Origin: Callorhinchus milii
Lineage: Eukaryota
Direction of reading: 5' to 3'
Assembly (NCBI RefSeq): GCF_018977255.1
Contig: NW_024704742.1
Coordinates: forward strand, 24,926,001 to 24,990,000
Length of the DNA stretch: 64,000 nt
The translations under genes and the position numbers were made by a program. Below are positions 1-12,300 of the stretch, one piece after another. Each line of letters starts with the position of its first letter. Within the stretch, counting starts at the first letter, position 1. The notes under the pieces were generated by a model. The model ran no database searches. It saw only the letters and a program-made list of their open reading frames with translations, and was not told the DNA's origin.

Positions 1-307
1 GTCAGAGAAACAGTGCTGCATCCCTACTAAAGAACTGGAACAGTATCCCCTCCTGCATCTGTCCTGACAGTAGCAACTCTTCCAGCTGTAAGCACCACAA
101 ATGCCTATAATTCTCCACATAGCTCACGCAACCAAAGACCTTTTCATCTATGAGTCTGACATAGATCGTGTGGGACCTTGTGCTCATTGTAGAGCATCAT
201 CATGCAGGGACTTTTTGAGGAAAATTGAACCTTTTTTAAAAAAAAACTTCTTCTGATCCATTGCAAATAGTAGAGAAGAAACTTACAATATTTTCTCTTT
301 GTTTCAG

Positions 308-377
308 GATCATGGCTATGCACCTGATTTTGTGCAGGTTGCGATGGCCCCGTTTATCAAAGATATTCACAAAAGAG
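308..377 (+). CDS. AtuA-like exon (first in window): [23 protein letters not shown](G)
   Basis: Acceptor tctttgtttcag, donor G|gtaatg; ends phase 1. Confidence 0.9.
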
Positions 378-3300
378 GTAATGGAGTAATTGACGTATTG
401 CGTTATATCAAATTGGTAACTAGCAACCCACTTCACCAAATTCTTCATGATCTTAGATTTCAAACTATTGTTTTAAATTTTAACATGTTCTCAGTTTTGG
501 GAAAATTCTTTAATTGTGGCTTAATTTGTAAGCCGCTTCTTTTTAAGCAGAAAAATCTCTCGCCAATGCCCTGCTTCCTTGATCCCTAAAATAAAAATAA
601 TAATTCACTGGGCTTGAGAATAAAAGCAAATGTTTGGGTATTGGAAGCTTTCAAAATGCAACTTTATACCATTTAACATTTGTAAAAGGTTTGGTTTTCT
701 TTTAAAATGTTCTAATACAGAATATAATTGAATAAAACTGGACAGAAGTGGGAAGCATTTTTTCCTTCACGTTGGCAACTTTAATTTTGGGTTGGAGGAA
801 TATCAAGCCTTGGGACGTCCTTCTGTTATGAAAGGCACTATAAAATTGTAATTTTAATTTCTTCTCCTAGCTTTATCCTTTTGTCCAATAATGATTCATT
901 TGCCTCTCTATCCAACACTGGAAATGATCTTCTTTGCTTATAGAGCAGTGTTCACAACTTTCAATGAAGTGGTGCCAGGAATCACAAGATTGGTTTAGCT
1001 GAAGTTCAGTTATCTGATCTCATCCCCCCAGAATACCCATGCTATTGTCCTCCCATCACAGCAATAAGGTGCTTTTTAAATTGGTCCAGTGTCCTCGTCT
1101 TAACCATCCTTGCTGATAACCTATTCCAGTTAATTACATAACATAACATGTAGGAGCAGGAGTAGGCCATTCGGCCCTTCGAGCCTGCCCCGCCATTCAA
1201 TCATGGCTGATCTTCTAATCTAACTCCAGCTAATAACCTAACCCTGCCTTATCCCCATATCCCTTAATCCCATTTGCAATAAGAAATCTATCTATCTCAG
1301 TCTTTAATATGTTCAAGGACTGAGCGTCAACAGTCCTTTGGGGTAGTGAGTTCCATACATTCATCACCCAGAATGTATGTATGTATTACTCATTATCCTC
1401 TGAGTAAAAAAAAGGCTTACTGCAATTCTAAACCTATGCCCCCTTGTTCTACTTCCTTGGTGCATTCAAAGTATTGATCTATTTACTTTTTCAGTTCGAT
1501 TTAAAATGTTATATACCTCTAGGAGGTGCCCTCTGAGTCATCTTCTTCCAAGACTGAATAGCTTGAGGTTGTCTAAACATTGCTCATAGCTCATTCCTCT
1601 AACACTGGAGATCATCCTCAGTGCTCTCCTCTATTTAATCTACCAGCTCAATAATTACCACAACTCTACTTAAAGCTCTCGCACAGGACAAGCTCCTACA
1701 GCTGTGCAAGGCGTTTCACTACCTCATTAAAAAGGGCCCCATCTCACTGATCCGGTCTCAACTTCAAACAAACAATAAGAAATGGAGTGGGACTAAAGAG
1801 ATTGCTTTTATAGGGGGCATCATGGCCGAATGGCTACCTCATGTGCTGATAAATTCTACCATTCTTTTGTCCTTGGTGGAAATGATTTGCTCCCTCAACG
1901 TTGTAAAACAATATAAACCCAGCCCCAACAAAGCACAGGCACTATCCGATGCCTCAGCGAGTTTATTGAATGAGTAGCTGAGCTGCACAAACTGGGGAAG
2001 GTTTGTGATGATCTTAGCCGATGTGGATGTATTTGTGGGTGGGAGGAGGGGGTCATTTTTGGTTCATTGTTCATTTAGAAATGAAAATACATTCTGTTAA
2101 AATATTTTTACTTTTTGCAAACGCTGAAAACCCCAAAAGACTAAGGGCCATTGTTCCTTCTCTTGTTTTGAGGTATCCGGGTGGTTAGCAATGCCGGTGG
2201 TGTGAACCCACACGCGTGTGCTGCTGCTCTGCAGGAGGTAGTTAAGAAAGCAGACGTGGACTTGAAGATTGCAGTTGTGACAGGAGATGATCTAATGCCG
2301 CAGGTACACACAAACTACAGCAATTTTCATGAGGACACCTTCAACAAATTCATACAGTCTCTTCTGCTTAATATTCCACAGTTTGCACCCTTGTATTGCT
2401 TGTAGCTGAAGATTTATATGATGCCAAGGCTCACAAATCAGTTAACGTTACTTGACAGGTGCCCCACAGCTGTTTAATGTATTTCACTACCTTATCGGAA
2501 AGGGTGCCATCACATTCTCAGTGAAATATAATTGTACTTCCTTAGCAGAGTAGAACAATGCTTCACTGGAGTATGTTCAGTAAGTGACAATGCCATACAT
2601 ATGTCAAAGGTGCTATTCTCATTCTCTGAAATTAGATTGGGAGATCCTTTGGGGCTATTTGCACATGCTAATATGAGCTATTATTTCTGTGAAGTTACTA
2701 AGATCTAGAATAAGCGATGGTAGCTATATCCAGTGACAGTACAATACCAGGTATTAATGATGAGGTACTATTGGAGTCCTGTAGCTCAGTGGTTAGAGCA
2801 CTTGCCTTGCAAGTGAGACACCTGGGTTCAATTCCAGACAGGGCGAAACCATGGGCAAGTTCCCTTACTCTACACGCCTAATAATAATCCCTACAAAACA
2901 ATAATAAATTGGTCATTTTCAATCCACAACTGTTTGTGGGACACTGCTGTGCACAATTGGCTGCCACGTTTCGCCCACAAATCTACGGTCAATTCACTTT
3001 ACAGTCTATTCTGTGAAGTGCTTTGAGACGTCGAGAAGACGTGAAAAGTGCCTCATCAAAATGCAAGGATTATTATTATTGTTTGAGTTGCTCAGTTTTG
3101 TCGTTTATAGCCTAAACCCACTGCGGTCTGAATTTGAGCCAAACCATTTCCTTGTAACAGCTAGCAGTGCTTTATACAAGTGTTTTCATTTTTCTGTCTT
3201 TTACCAGAGAGATTTGCTGAAAGAAGCGGACACCAGAGACATGGAGAGTGGACAACCTTTCCCTGCCAGCCTCCACAGCATGAATGCATATCTAGGGTGA

Positions 3301-6300
3301 GTGGCTAATGCTGATCTGAAATCCATGCAAGTTATGCTGGCTCATCGGCAGGACTTGGAAGGGCAGACCAGCTATTGGGGGCAGGGACTCTTTCCATTCA
3401 GGTCCTGTTAATTCTGCAAGTCAAAGCCCTAACAGGTAGGAAGATCCTAGCTGGACAAGCATTGGGAAAACTTGCCAGGCAGTGCTCACAATGGCAAGCT
3501 ATGCAATTTTAGCTGGTTAGATTGCAGTCGTACCCAAACAAAAACAACAAATTACATTAGTATAGAGTCTTTCTTGTCGGGAGGATGTCCCAAGGTGCTG
3601 TATCTTCAGGGATTTAGATCCGAGCAGGGGGTTGGGATCAGGAGGGGTGGATGGCAGGGAGGATAGGGGTAGGAGGGAGACCGAAGGCGTGGTCGAAGAG
3701 GAAAGTCTTGAGACAGGCTTTGAAGGAGTCAAGGGAAGGATCAAGACACAGGTACTGTGGGATGGAGTTCCAATGGATGGGACCAGAGAGGCTGAAGGCC
3801 TGACTGACGATGGTGGGGCAGGCCAGTCTGGGCTGGGGACATGGAGTAGGCCGGAGTCTGTTTAGCGGAGGGAGCGGACAGGTTGATATGGAGTTAGCAG
3901 GTCACAGAGATAGGAAGGAGCATGGCGATGGGGACCCCAGCAAACTCTGCAAACCCCATGCCTTGGCTCTTGCCAACCTGCACCTAACACTTTCCGGAAT
4001 TAGATAAACAGAATGTTTCCCTCCAGGGAGAGAGCGTGCATTCCATTTAAACAATCTTATCTCTAGAATTTCCATGCGCAGATGGGATTTGAAAGTGAGG
4101 ACCAGGATCTTGAACTGTATCCTCTTGTGTGATGCGAAGCCAGTGGAGTCGGGCGAGGATGGGAGTGATAGGGTCGCGGAGCCTGGTGCGCGAGAGGCCA
4201 CACTCTGCAGAGTGGATGATCTGCAGCCTATGGAGGGAGGAATTGGTGAGGCGAACAAGCAGGGAATTTGCATAGTCAAGCCTGGATATTATGAATGCGT
4301 GTATGAGGGTCTCGGCGGCCTGCGGTCCGAGACTGGCAGAGCCGGACGATGTTGTGGAAGTGGGGAAGGCAGAGCGGATCACGGCATGGATGTGAGGTAG
4401 AAAGAATAGTTGAGGGTTAAACGGACTGGCTCAGTGAGGCGAAGTGCGCATCCTTGGATGGTTATCCTGTCAGTTCTTGAACTACCTTCAAGTAGGTGGC
4501 TTCAGAGGAAGGGAATCAATTGAAGTGTTGACATTTGTTTCTCATTAGCAAAGACCAGTAACACCGCTTCCCTTTTTTTCGATGTCTAACATTTCAGCAG
4601 ATCCAAAAATAACTATTTACTGAGCACATGTGTGGTCCCCGATTTGTGGAAAAAAGAATATCGTATTTCCACAGTGGGCTTCAGGGAGATTACCAAATAG
4701 CTTTCTCCACATTCTTGGTTGTTACAAGTTAAATTGCTTGTTCGAAAAAGTAAAGCTCTTGTGGGGGGGGATTGATGATTGATTCACCATTCAGTGATAA
4801 TGAATAGTTTCACAGGTAAGGTGACGGAATCATTGAAATAGTTGCATGTTGAGTGCCTTGCGCACAAAATACACAAAGTTGTGCCACATTATATCCTGTA
4901 AAGGGCTTTGAGATGTCTCATCGACGTGATAAGGTCGTTTCAAATAATAATATAGTAATAATCCTTGCATTTGATATAGCCCCTTATCCCCTTATCCTTA
5001 TTGAGACATCCCAAAGTGCTTCACAGGATACACCGTAAAGTGTAGTGACTGTATTTTGTGGGTGAAACAAAATGCAAGGTTTATTATTATCATTACCGTG
5101 TGGGTGGAAATATTTGTTGCACCACAATTCATTGTGAATGAATTGTTCCTTTTCTACCACATATTTTAAACACAATTTCTCAGCAATAACAACAATTTGT
5201 ACTTGTATAGGTGCTTTCGCATAAGATAGCATCTCAAAAACATCTTATTTTTAATGTTGATAGGTTTATAATGTAATGGGTTCCACTCATAACTCTCCAA
5301 AATACATCAATTGCATTGCTTCTCTCCTTTGACCCGAGACTGATTTGGACTAATAGGAAAACTCACTTTAGAGGAATTAAGTTCATGCTGTCACTGTACT
5401 CTATATATTTTCTAATCAACAACAACAACAAGATTCCATTTATAAAGCGCCTTTCACGTCAGGAGGACGTCCCAAGGCGCTGCACAGTTGGGTCATGACC
5501 CGAGCAGGGGGGAAATGGTCAGGGTGAGGGGAGGGGAGGGAGCGAGGAGGGGGGAAATGGTCAGGGTGAGGGGAGGGGAGGGAGCGAGGAGGGGGGAAAT
5601 GGTCAGGGTGAGGGGAGGGATGGGAGGGAGCGAGAAGGGGGAAGAGAGTCGAGAGGGGAGCTGAAGGCTCGGTCAAAGAGAAAGGTTTTGAGACCGGCCT
5701 TGAAGGAGAGGGAGGAAGCAAGGCGAAGGCACTGGGGGATAGAGTTCCAGAGCCTCGGGGCTGAGGCTGAAGGCCCGACCACCAATGGTAGGGTGGTTGG
5801 GGCGGGGGATGTGGAGCAGACCGGAGCCAGAGGAACGGAGGGTACGGGCAGGTAGGTAGGGGGATAGTAGGTCGGAGAGGTAGGAGGGAGCAAGGCCGTG
5901 AATGGCCTTGTAGGTGAGGATGAGGATCTTGAAATCAATCCTCTGGGGGATGGGGAGCCAGTGGAGGCGAGCGAGGGTGGGAGTGATGTGGTCCCGAAGC
6001 CTGGTGCGGGACAGTACACGAGCTGCAGAGTTCTGAATGACCTGCAGCTTGTGGAGGGAGGTGGCGGGAAGGCCGGCGAGGAGAGAGTTCCCATAGTCCA
6101 GCCTTGAGGTGACAAAGGCGTGGACCAGGGTTTCAGCAGCGTGAGGGGTGAGGTAGTGCCGTAGTCTGGCGATGTTCCGGAGGTGATGGAAGGCGGTGCC
6201 AGTTGTGGTGTGGATGTGAGGGAGAAAGGACAGCTCAGGGTCGAACAAAACGCCGAGGTTCCTGACCGGCTTTGAGAGGTGGAGAGTGCAGCCTTGGATG

Positions 6301-9300
6301 CTGATGCTGTCAGCGCCTGAGGTGCGGAGGCGCTGACGTGAACCAATCAGGAGGGTCTCAGTTTTTCGCACGTTGAGCTGAAGAAAGTTGTCTCTCGTCC
6401 AGGACTCGATGTCGGACAGGCAGCTGTCAGGACATCGGTGGTCGTGGAGTTGAGAGTAGAGGAGGAAAGGTAGAGTTGGGTGTCATCCGCATACATGTGG
6501 AAGTTAACTCCATGTCTGCGGATGATGTCACCAAGGGGGAGCATATAGAGGGTGAAGAGGAGGGGACCGAGGACAGAGCCCTGAGGGACTCCACATGAGA
6601 CAGTACCGGGGGGTGGAGGAGAAGCCATTCGTCGAGTGAATTACACTTGTCTTTTCAGGTGCACTCTGAAAGTCACAATCCTTCATTCCTCGGGGGTGGG
6701 GGGTAGGGGGGTATGGGTCCAGTCAGAGCGAACTCAAGAACTATGCACAACATTTTATTTATCATAGACCATTCTTCTTTATTCCTCAAGTTACACTGTA
6801 AAAACAGAATTTCCCGAATACAGCACAACAATGCAAGAACAGTACAAGTAGTAGAAGAACTTTAGTACAATAAGCATCGTATACTTTAACAATTACTGAG
6901 CCTGAAGAACTTGAACACAACTCACTATCTTATACGATAACTACTGAGCCTCAATAAACCGACACTGCCTGAGATCTATTGAAACCTCTCATCGATCAGC
7001 TGTTCCCGACACATATTTCAACTCCTTTCCCCAAGTGCCCCGATTCTCTCTTGCTCCCTATTCTTTATCCCTATCCGTATATTTTGGATCACAAATGAGT
7101 CTGACTTATGTCTCTGTTCCTTATGTTATGGTCACTTCTGTCTTTGTTCCATCTCTTTACCCTGTTGTTCGTCCTGTCAGTGTATTTTAAATGTGCTTGT
7201 TAACAAATGCGCCACATTTGGTATTCATTCCATTTGCTGTTACCAGACTTTTAATCTCCTTTGTCAAATTGAAGTGATATGTTTGTTTTATTTATAATAA
7301 TATAATAATATTCCTTGCATTTGGTATAGAGCCTCATCACGTCGTTGAGACGTCTCAAAATGATTCCAATTTATATAATGCTTATATTTATAAAAAATGT
7401 TAATACTTTTATGTCTATAACAGTGACCATGATTTTTAAAAAATATATATGTCTAAACCTCTTTGGCTCATAACTGTCCTAGTTTGTATCTGTGGTTGAG
7501 GCAGAGTTTCCTATTCTTGGTATGAAGAGCCAGGATCAGAGAATGAAAAACTAGCAAGAAAATAGTCTGATGCTGAATAACTATAACCTCATGCAAATGT
7601 AATTCAAGTACTTTCCCAAATTTCTCAAACCACATGTGTGACACTAAAATGCAATGTGGAATGAGGTTTCACTTTCGTTCATTAACTCTTAACTGACGCT
7701 CATTTTAGCCTGGCTGAAAATTGATGCGAGGACAGTCTCAAAGAGGTATATAAATGTCCTGCAGGTATAAAAAGAGACTCTTTAAATGATGGCTGGACTT
7801 AGCATTTCTGTACATTTTTGTGCAATATCAGACCATTGTCAGAGTGTGCCACCAGACTCCTGTTCCATCCCAGTCTTCTTGCAATCCTCTCATAACTTGG
7901 AACTCTAACTGTTGTAATCATTGTTGCTTCTTTCTGGAATTATCCTCTTTGACTGTACCTTTAGTCATCTCACCTCACCAGCCTCATTATCTCCCACCCT
8001 GCTAGGTTCTCACCATATTGAACTGTCTGAAAGGTGCTGAGTAAGTAAGAGTATTATTGTTAATAATAATAATAATCCTTTCGCTTTCATGTCAGCAGAA
8101 CGTCTCAAAGCACTTCACAGGATTTAGTTTAAATTGTAGTGACAGATTTTTTGAGCGCATCAATGCCCTTTTGAAAACTGGTAGCCAAAACTACATGGGA
8201 TATTTCAGTGAGTTATATATTGAAAATTTATTTAATTTATTTGTTTTAACCAATAGTTAAAGGCCCTCAAGCTATCACCTAGTATTTGATCAGCTTTGTT
8301 GACAGCAGGATCACATTGCCTTCACAGCATTAGTGACTTAACAATAATCACACCCAAATCCTTCTCCTCCTTGACTTTACTAATGATATAATTCTTTGTG
8401 TACACTTCTTTCTCAATATATGTATTTATCTGCCCTTCCTTAACCCAATCTTCAATTGGTCAGGTACTTCTTGAATGCATTGAAATAATAATAATAATCT
8501 CCATATTATGTAATTGCTTGGCTAAACATCTTATAATATTGCCAAATGTTTCACCCAGAATTAATCCTTGTGTAACTCCTCCAGTCAATGCCAACCCCCA
8601 CGCCCTCAATGAGGCTTACTGTACTGGGGCTCCTCCTGTTCCTCGTATTTATTAGTGACTTGAAATTACAGATCCCATGTAAGATTTGCTGATCAAGTTG
8701 GGATGGGGGAGGGGAACTGTGGAATTAGAGGGGGCAGCAAAGGTCTTACAAAGAGAGCTTGATCGGGTATGCACATGGGCTGATTACAATGCTGGGTACT
8801 ACGCAGGATGCAAGAATAGGGAACAAAAGTGCTCCGTGGATGGGATAGAACTTGCCAAGAGGGAAGCTGAAAGAGATCCAGGATTGTTAGTTGATTCTTC
8901 GTTCACTTAGTCAAAAAACAGTGTGAAGCAGCAATAAATAAGGCAAACAGATGTCATACTCGGACTGTACAGTGCTTTAGTCAGAAGGTATCTTGAATAC
9001 TGCATACAGTTCTGATCACAGTTACATAAGGGAACTGCCCAGATCCAAGAGATAGTGCAGAGATGAGCAATGAGGATGATCCCAGTGTTGGAAGGATTAT
9101 GAACTATGAGCAACAATTAGACAAACTAGGGCTCTTCAGTGTTGAGAGAAGATGACTCAGGGGACCTTGTAGAGGTAAATAAAATTTTAAACTGGATTGA
9201 AAAAGTAAACCTAGAACAATACTTTAGGATGCAACAAAACAGTAGAACAAGGGGACATGTAGAGTCATAAAGGGCAATTTGAGAACAGATACCAGGAAGT

Positions 9301-12300
9301 TTATCTTTACTCAGAGAATAATTAAAGACTGTAACAGGTTAGCAGGAAGCCTGGTTGAGGTCAGAATACAGGACTGATTTTAAAAAGCAGTTTAATGCCC
9401 TGATGGAGGGACAGCAGGGATGAAATCAGATGGGCTTCAGCCATGAAGTTCCTCTTTATCCAAACCGATCTTGTGATCTGTTTAATAAACTGATAGCAAT
9501 TGTCCAGCGTAAAACCAGCTGAGCAAGTTTGTTCTTTTTGTTATGGAATGTTGCACAGAAACAGGCTGCTCAGCTCATCAAATCTTTGTGTTTTTCACCA
9601 CATGAGCCACTTAATCTATTACCACCCTCCTGCGAGGTTCCCTTACTCATTAATATTCCTCTTTGCAAGCACGTGTCCAATTCCCCTTTAAGAACGAATT
9701 ATGTATTCTGCTTCAATCGTGGTTTGTGGGAGAGAACTCTAGCCACTTTATGTGCAAAGAAGTTTTGTTTTTGTAGCCTCACCTTTAATCCTGCTCGGAA
9801 AACACCAGCTAAATAGGTTTCAGCCTGGCTCAATTGATAGCGCTCTTGGCTCTGTGTCTAAGGTTGTGGGTTTGAGCCTCACATTGGGACTTTGAGCTCA
9901 CAGTCCACATTGACACTGCATTTAGTGCCACGCTGGAGTGTGTAGCATTGTCAGAGTTGCTATCCTTCAGTTGAGACTTGAAACTACAGCAATTTCAACC
10001 TTGTGTGCCTGTTCAGGTGAACATTAGATGTCCTGTACATTAAAAATCCCAGGGCACTATTTGAAAAGAGAAAGAAGTTTCTACTGGTGTCCTTGCAGAC
10101 AATCTCCCAAAATAAAATTAGTCATTCACTTCATCGCTGTTTGTGGGAAATTGCTATGTGCAAATTGGCTTTAGTGTTTGCCTACAAAATACCCAGTTAC
10201 TACATTTTGCAGTGTATCCAATGAAGCTCTTTGACGTCTTAACAAAGTGATAAGGTGCCATATCAAATGAAAGGCTTATTATTTATCGGAGCAATATGTG
10301 TGGCTCATTCCATTTGCTGCAGTGATGAATGAGTCTGTTTAAACTTCTGTTTGCACAGGGCAGGGCCGATCAGCAGAGCTCTCGATCTGGGAGCTGATAT
10401 TGTTGTGACCGGCCGATGCGTGGACAGTGGTGTTGTTCTCGGGCCACTCATCCATACGGTAAGGCTCACTCCAGCATCGTTCATTATCTGAGTCATTTCA
10501 AGGTCTGCCCTAGGCTGTTCCAGTGTGGAGTGTTTCCTGGAGAGGCCAGAGCACCTCTGTTGAGCAAAATGGGAGCAAGATCTGTGGAAAAGCTCAGCAG
10601 CTTCCCAGACTCACAAATGTTCAGTACCAATAATTGGTAAAACAATAGCCAAGCATGGGGATTCCAGACACCCTTCTGAACTCCATAAAGCTGCAAAATA
10701 TAGCCAGATTGGACAAGGAGACAGGTCCCCAGTACCATATGGAAGAGAGGCTTCCAATTTTGGGGGTTAGCCGGGTGTCTTGATTCCTTTCTTTGGGAAA
10801 AGTGCTGAGAAATATTATTTTTCCTTTATTTATGATGGAAGTGCATTATAATTACTGCCTTCTGAGGTTTTATTTTTGGTTACGCTGGGTAGCCCAGTAA
10901 GCCTTTAGAACCATGCCTACATGATCACTTATTGTCCTATCATCCCCTCTACTCCTCTCATGTCCAGCCCACACCCTTATTCAACTCCCCCACACTGGCA
11001 TTCTGTTCCAGCTTTTTCTGATTAGCTCCCCACCCGAAGGGGCACAGCCTCCTTGTCTGGCTCCTGCTTGCCTCCTTTGGCTTTGAAGTTAATAAGCTCA
11101 TAGTCTGCAACGCTTTGCATATCTCCCAGCTACCGAGTTCAGTGTCGTCGCCAGTGTTGTTACCTCACAACCCCCTTCCTTCCGTCCCAACTTCTATGTG
11201 CTTGCTCAGTGTGCATTGCCTTGTTTGAAGTAGCTCTGATCTGCTTTGTGTTACCTGGGGCATCAAGGAGCGTTGAGAAAAAACACAGGTTTAGAAGTGG
11301 CACAACAGTCACAACAACAGTTCTGGACACAAACACTTCTCATCTCTAGTTCTATCTCTCTCTCTGTCTTTTTCTCTCCCTCCTCTCCCTTTGTCTCATT
11401 CGATCCGCACAGGAAGCTTCACCATTGGAGTTAGAACGACACATCAAAGAAGGGGAAACATGGACATTGTGGAAGAAGAACAGGAGCCCCGAGGCCCTGG
11501 CTATAAATACCAGCATCATTGCCTGTCACCGGTCGTCTGGGCTCCTTCCACAGGACAAGAAGCAGAGTGTGCGCCTGCTCCCTGCTGCACACTTAATTAG
11601 TGCTCTTGTTTCTGGTTTGTGTTTGTGGCTCTTTCTCTCTTTACCACCTGTTGTAACTTAGTTTTTTAAAAAAAAGAAATTAAGAAGCCAGCCACCCTCT
11701 CTGGTAACCCAAAAGGATTTTTTAAAATATATTTTAAGAAACACAAAATCTCCTGCATACCTTCCTCCCCAAGCCGGTATCTGTCACTCAGGAATTACTT
11801 CAGGACTGAAGGCTATTTGTTTTGTGGGTATAGTTTTGTAACTTTTTTTAAAAAAAAACACACCCCTTTCAGGATTATAATCAAAACCAAAGCTTCCAGC
11901 CCAATTCCATCTCAGGAAAAATCCCACCGGCCAGCGATCTGTCACTCAGGAATTAATTCATGACTGAAGGCTACTTGTTTTCCCTCGTGGGTAGAGTGTT
12001 ATAACCTTTTTTAAAAAAAAAGCACACCCCTTTCAGTCTCGGAATCAAAAGCAAAACGTCTGTCCCAGTACCAACTAAGCCGCCGGCCTATGTTTGGCAG
12101 CCTCGGGAAGATTCATCAGGGAGCTGGCAGTACTTCTAAAGCAGCAGCTTAGCAAGCATCTCCTCAGGGATGATTTCACAAAGATGTCTTGCGTTGCTCA
12201 AAGCAAGTCTGTGGCATTTCCTCAGCCTTGTGGGCAACTGGAGGAGAAGAGGGATTTCTTAACAATCCCTTGTGGGATCTGAATGTAACCGGATCAGATT

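Noticed and set aside
5603..6346. 247-aa Ser/Pro-rich ORF and similar ORFs (22136..22711, 3902..4279, 63373..63771)
   Set aside because: Alternative frames of GC-rich L2 sequence.
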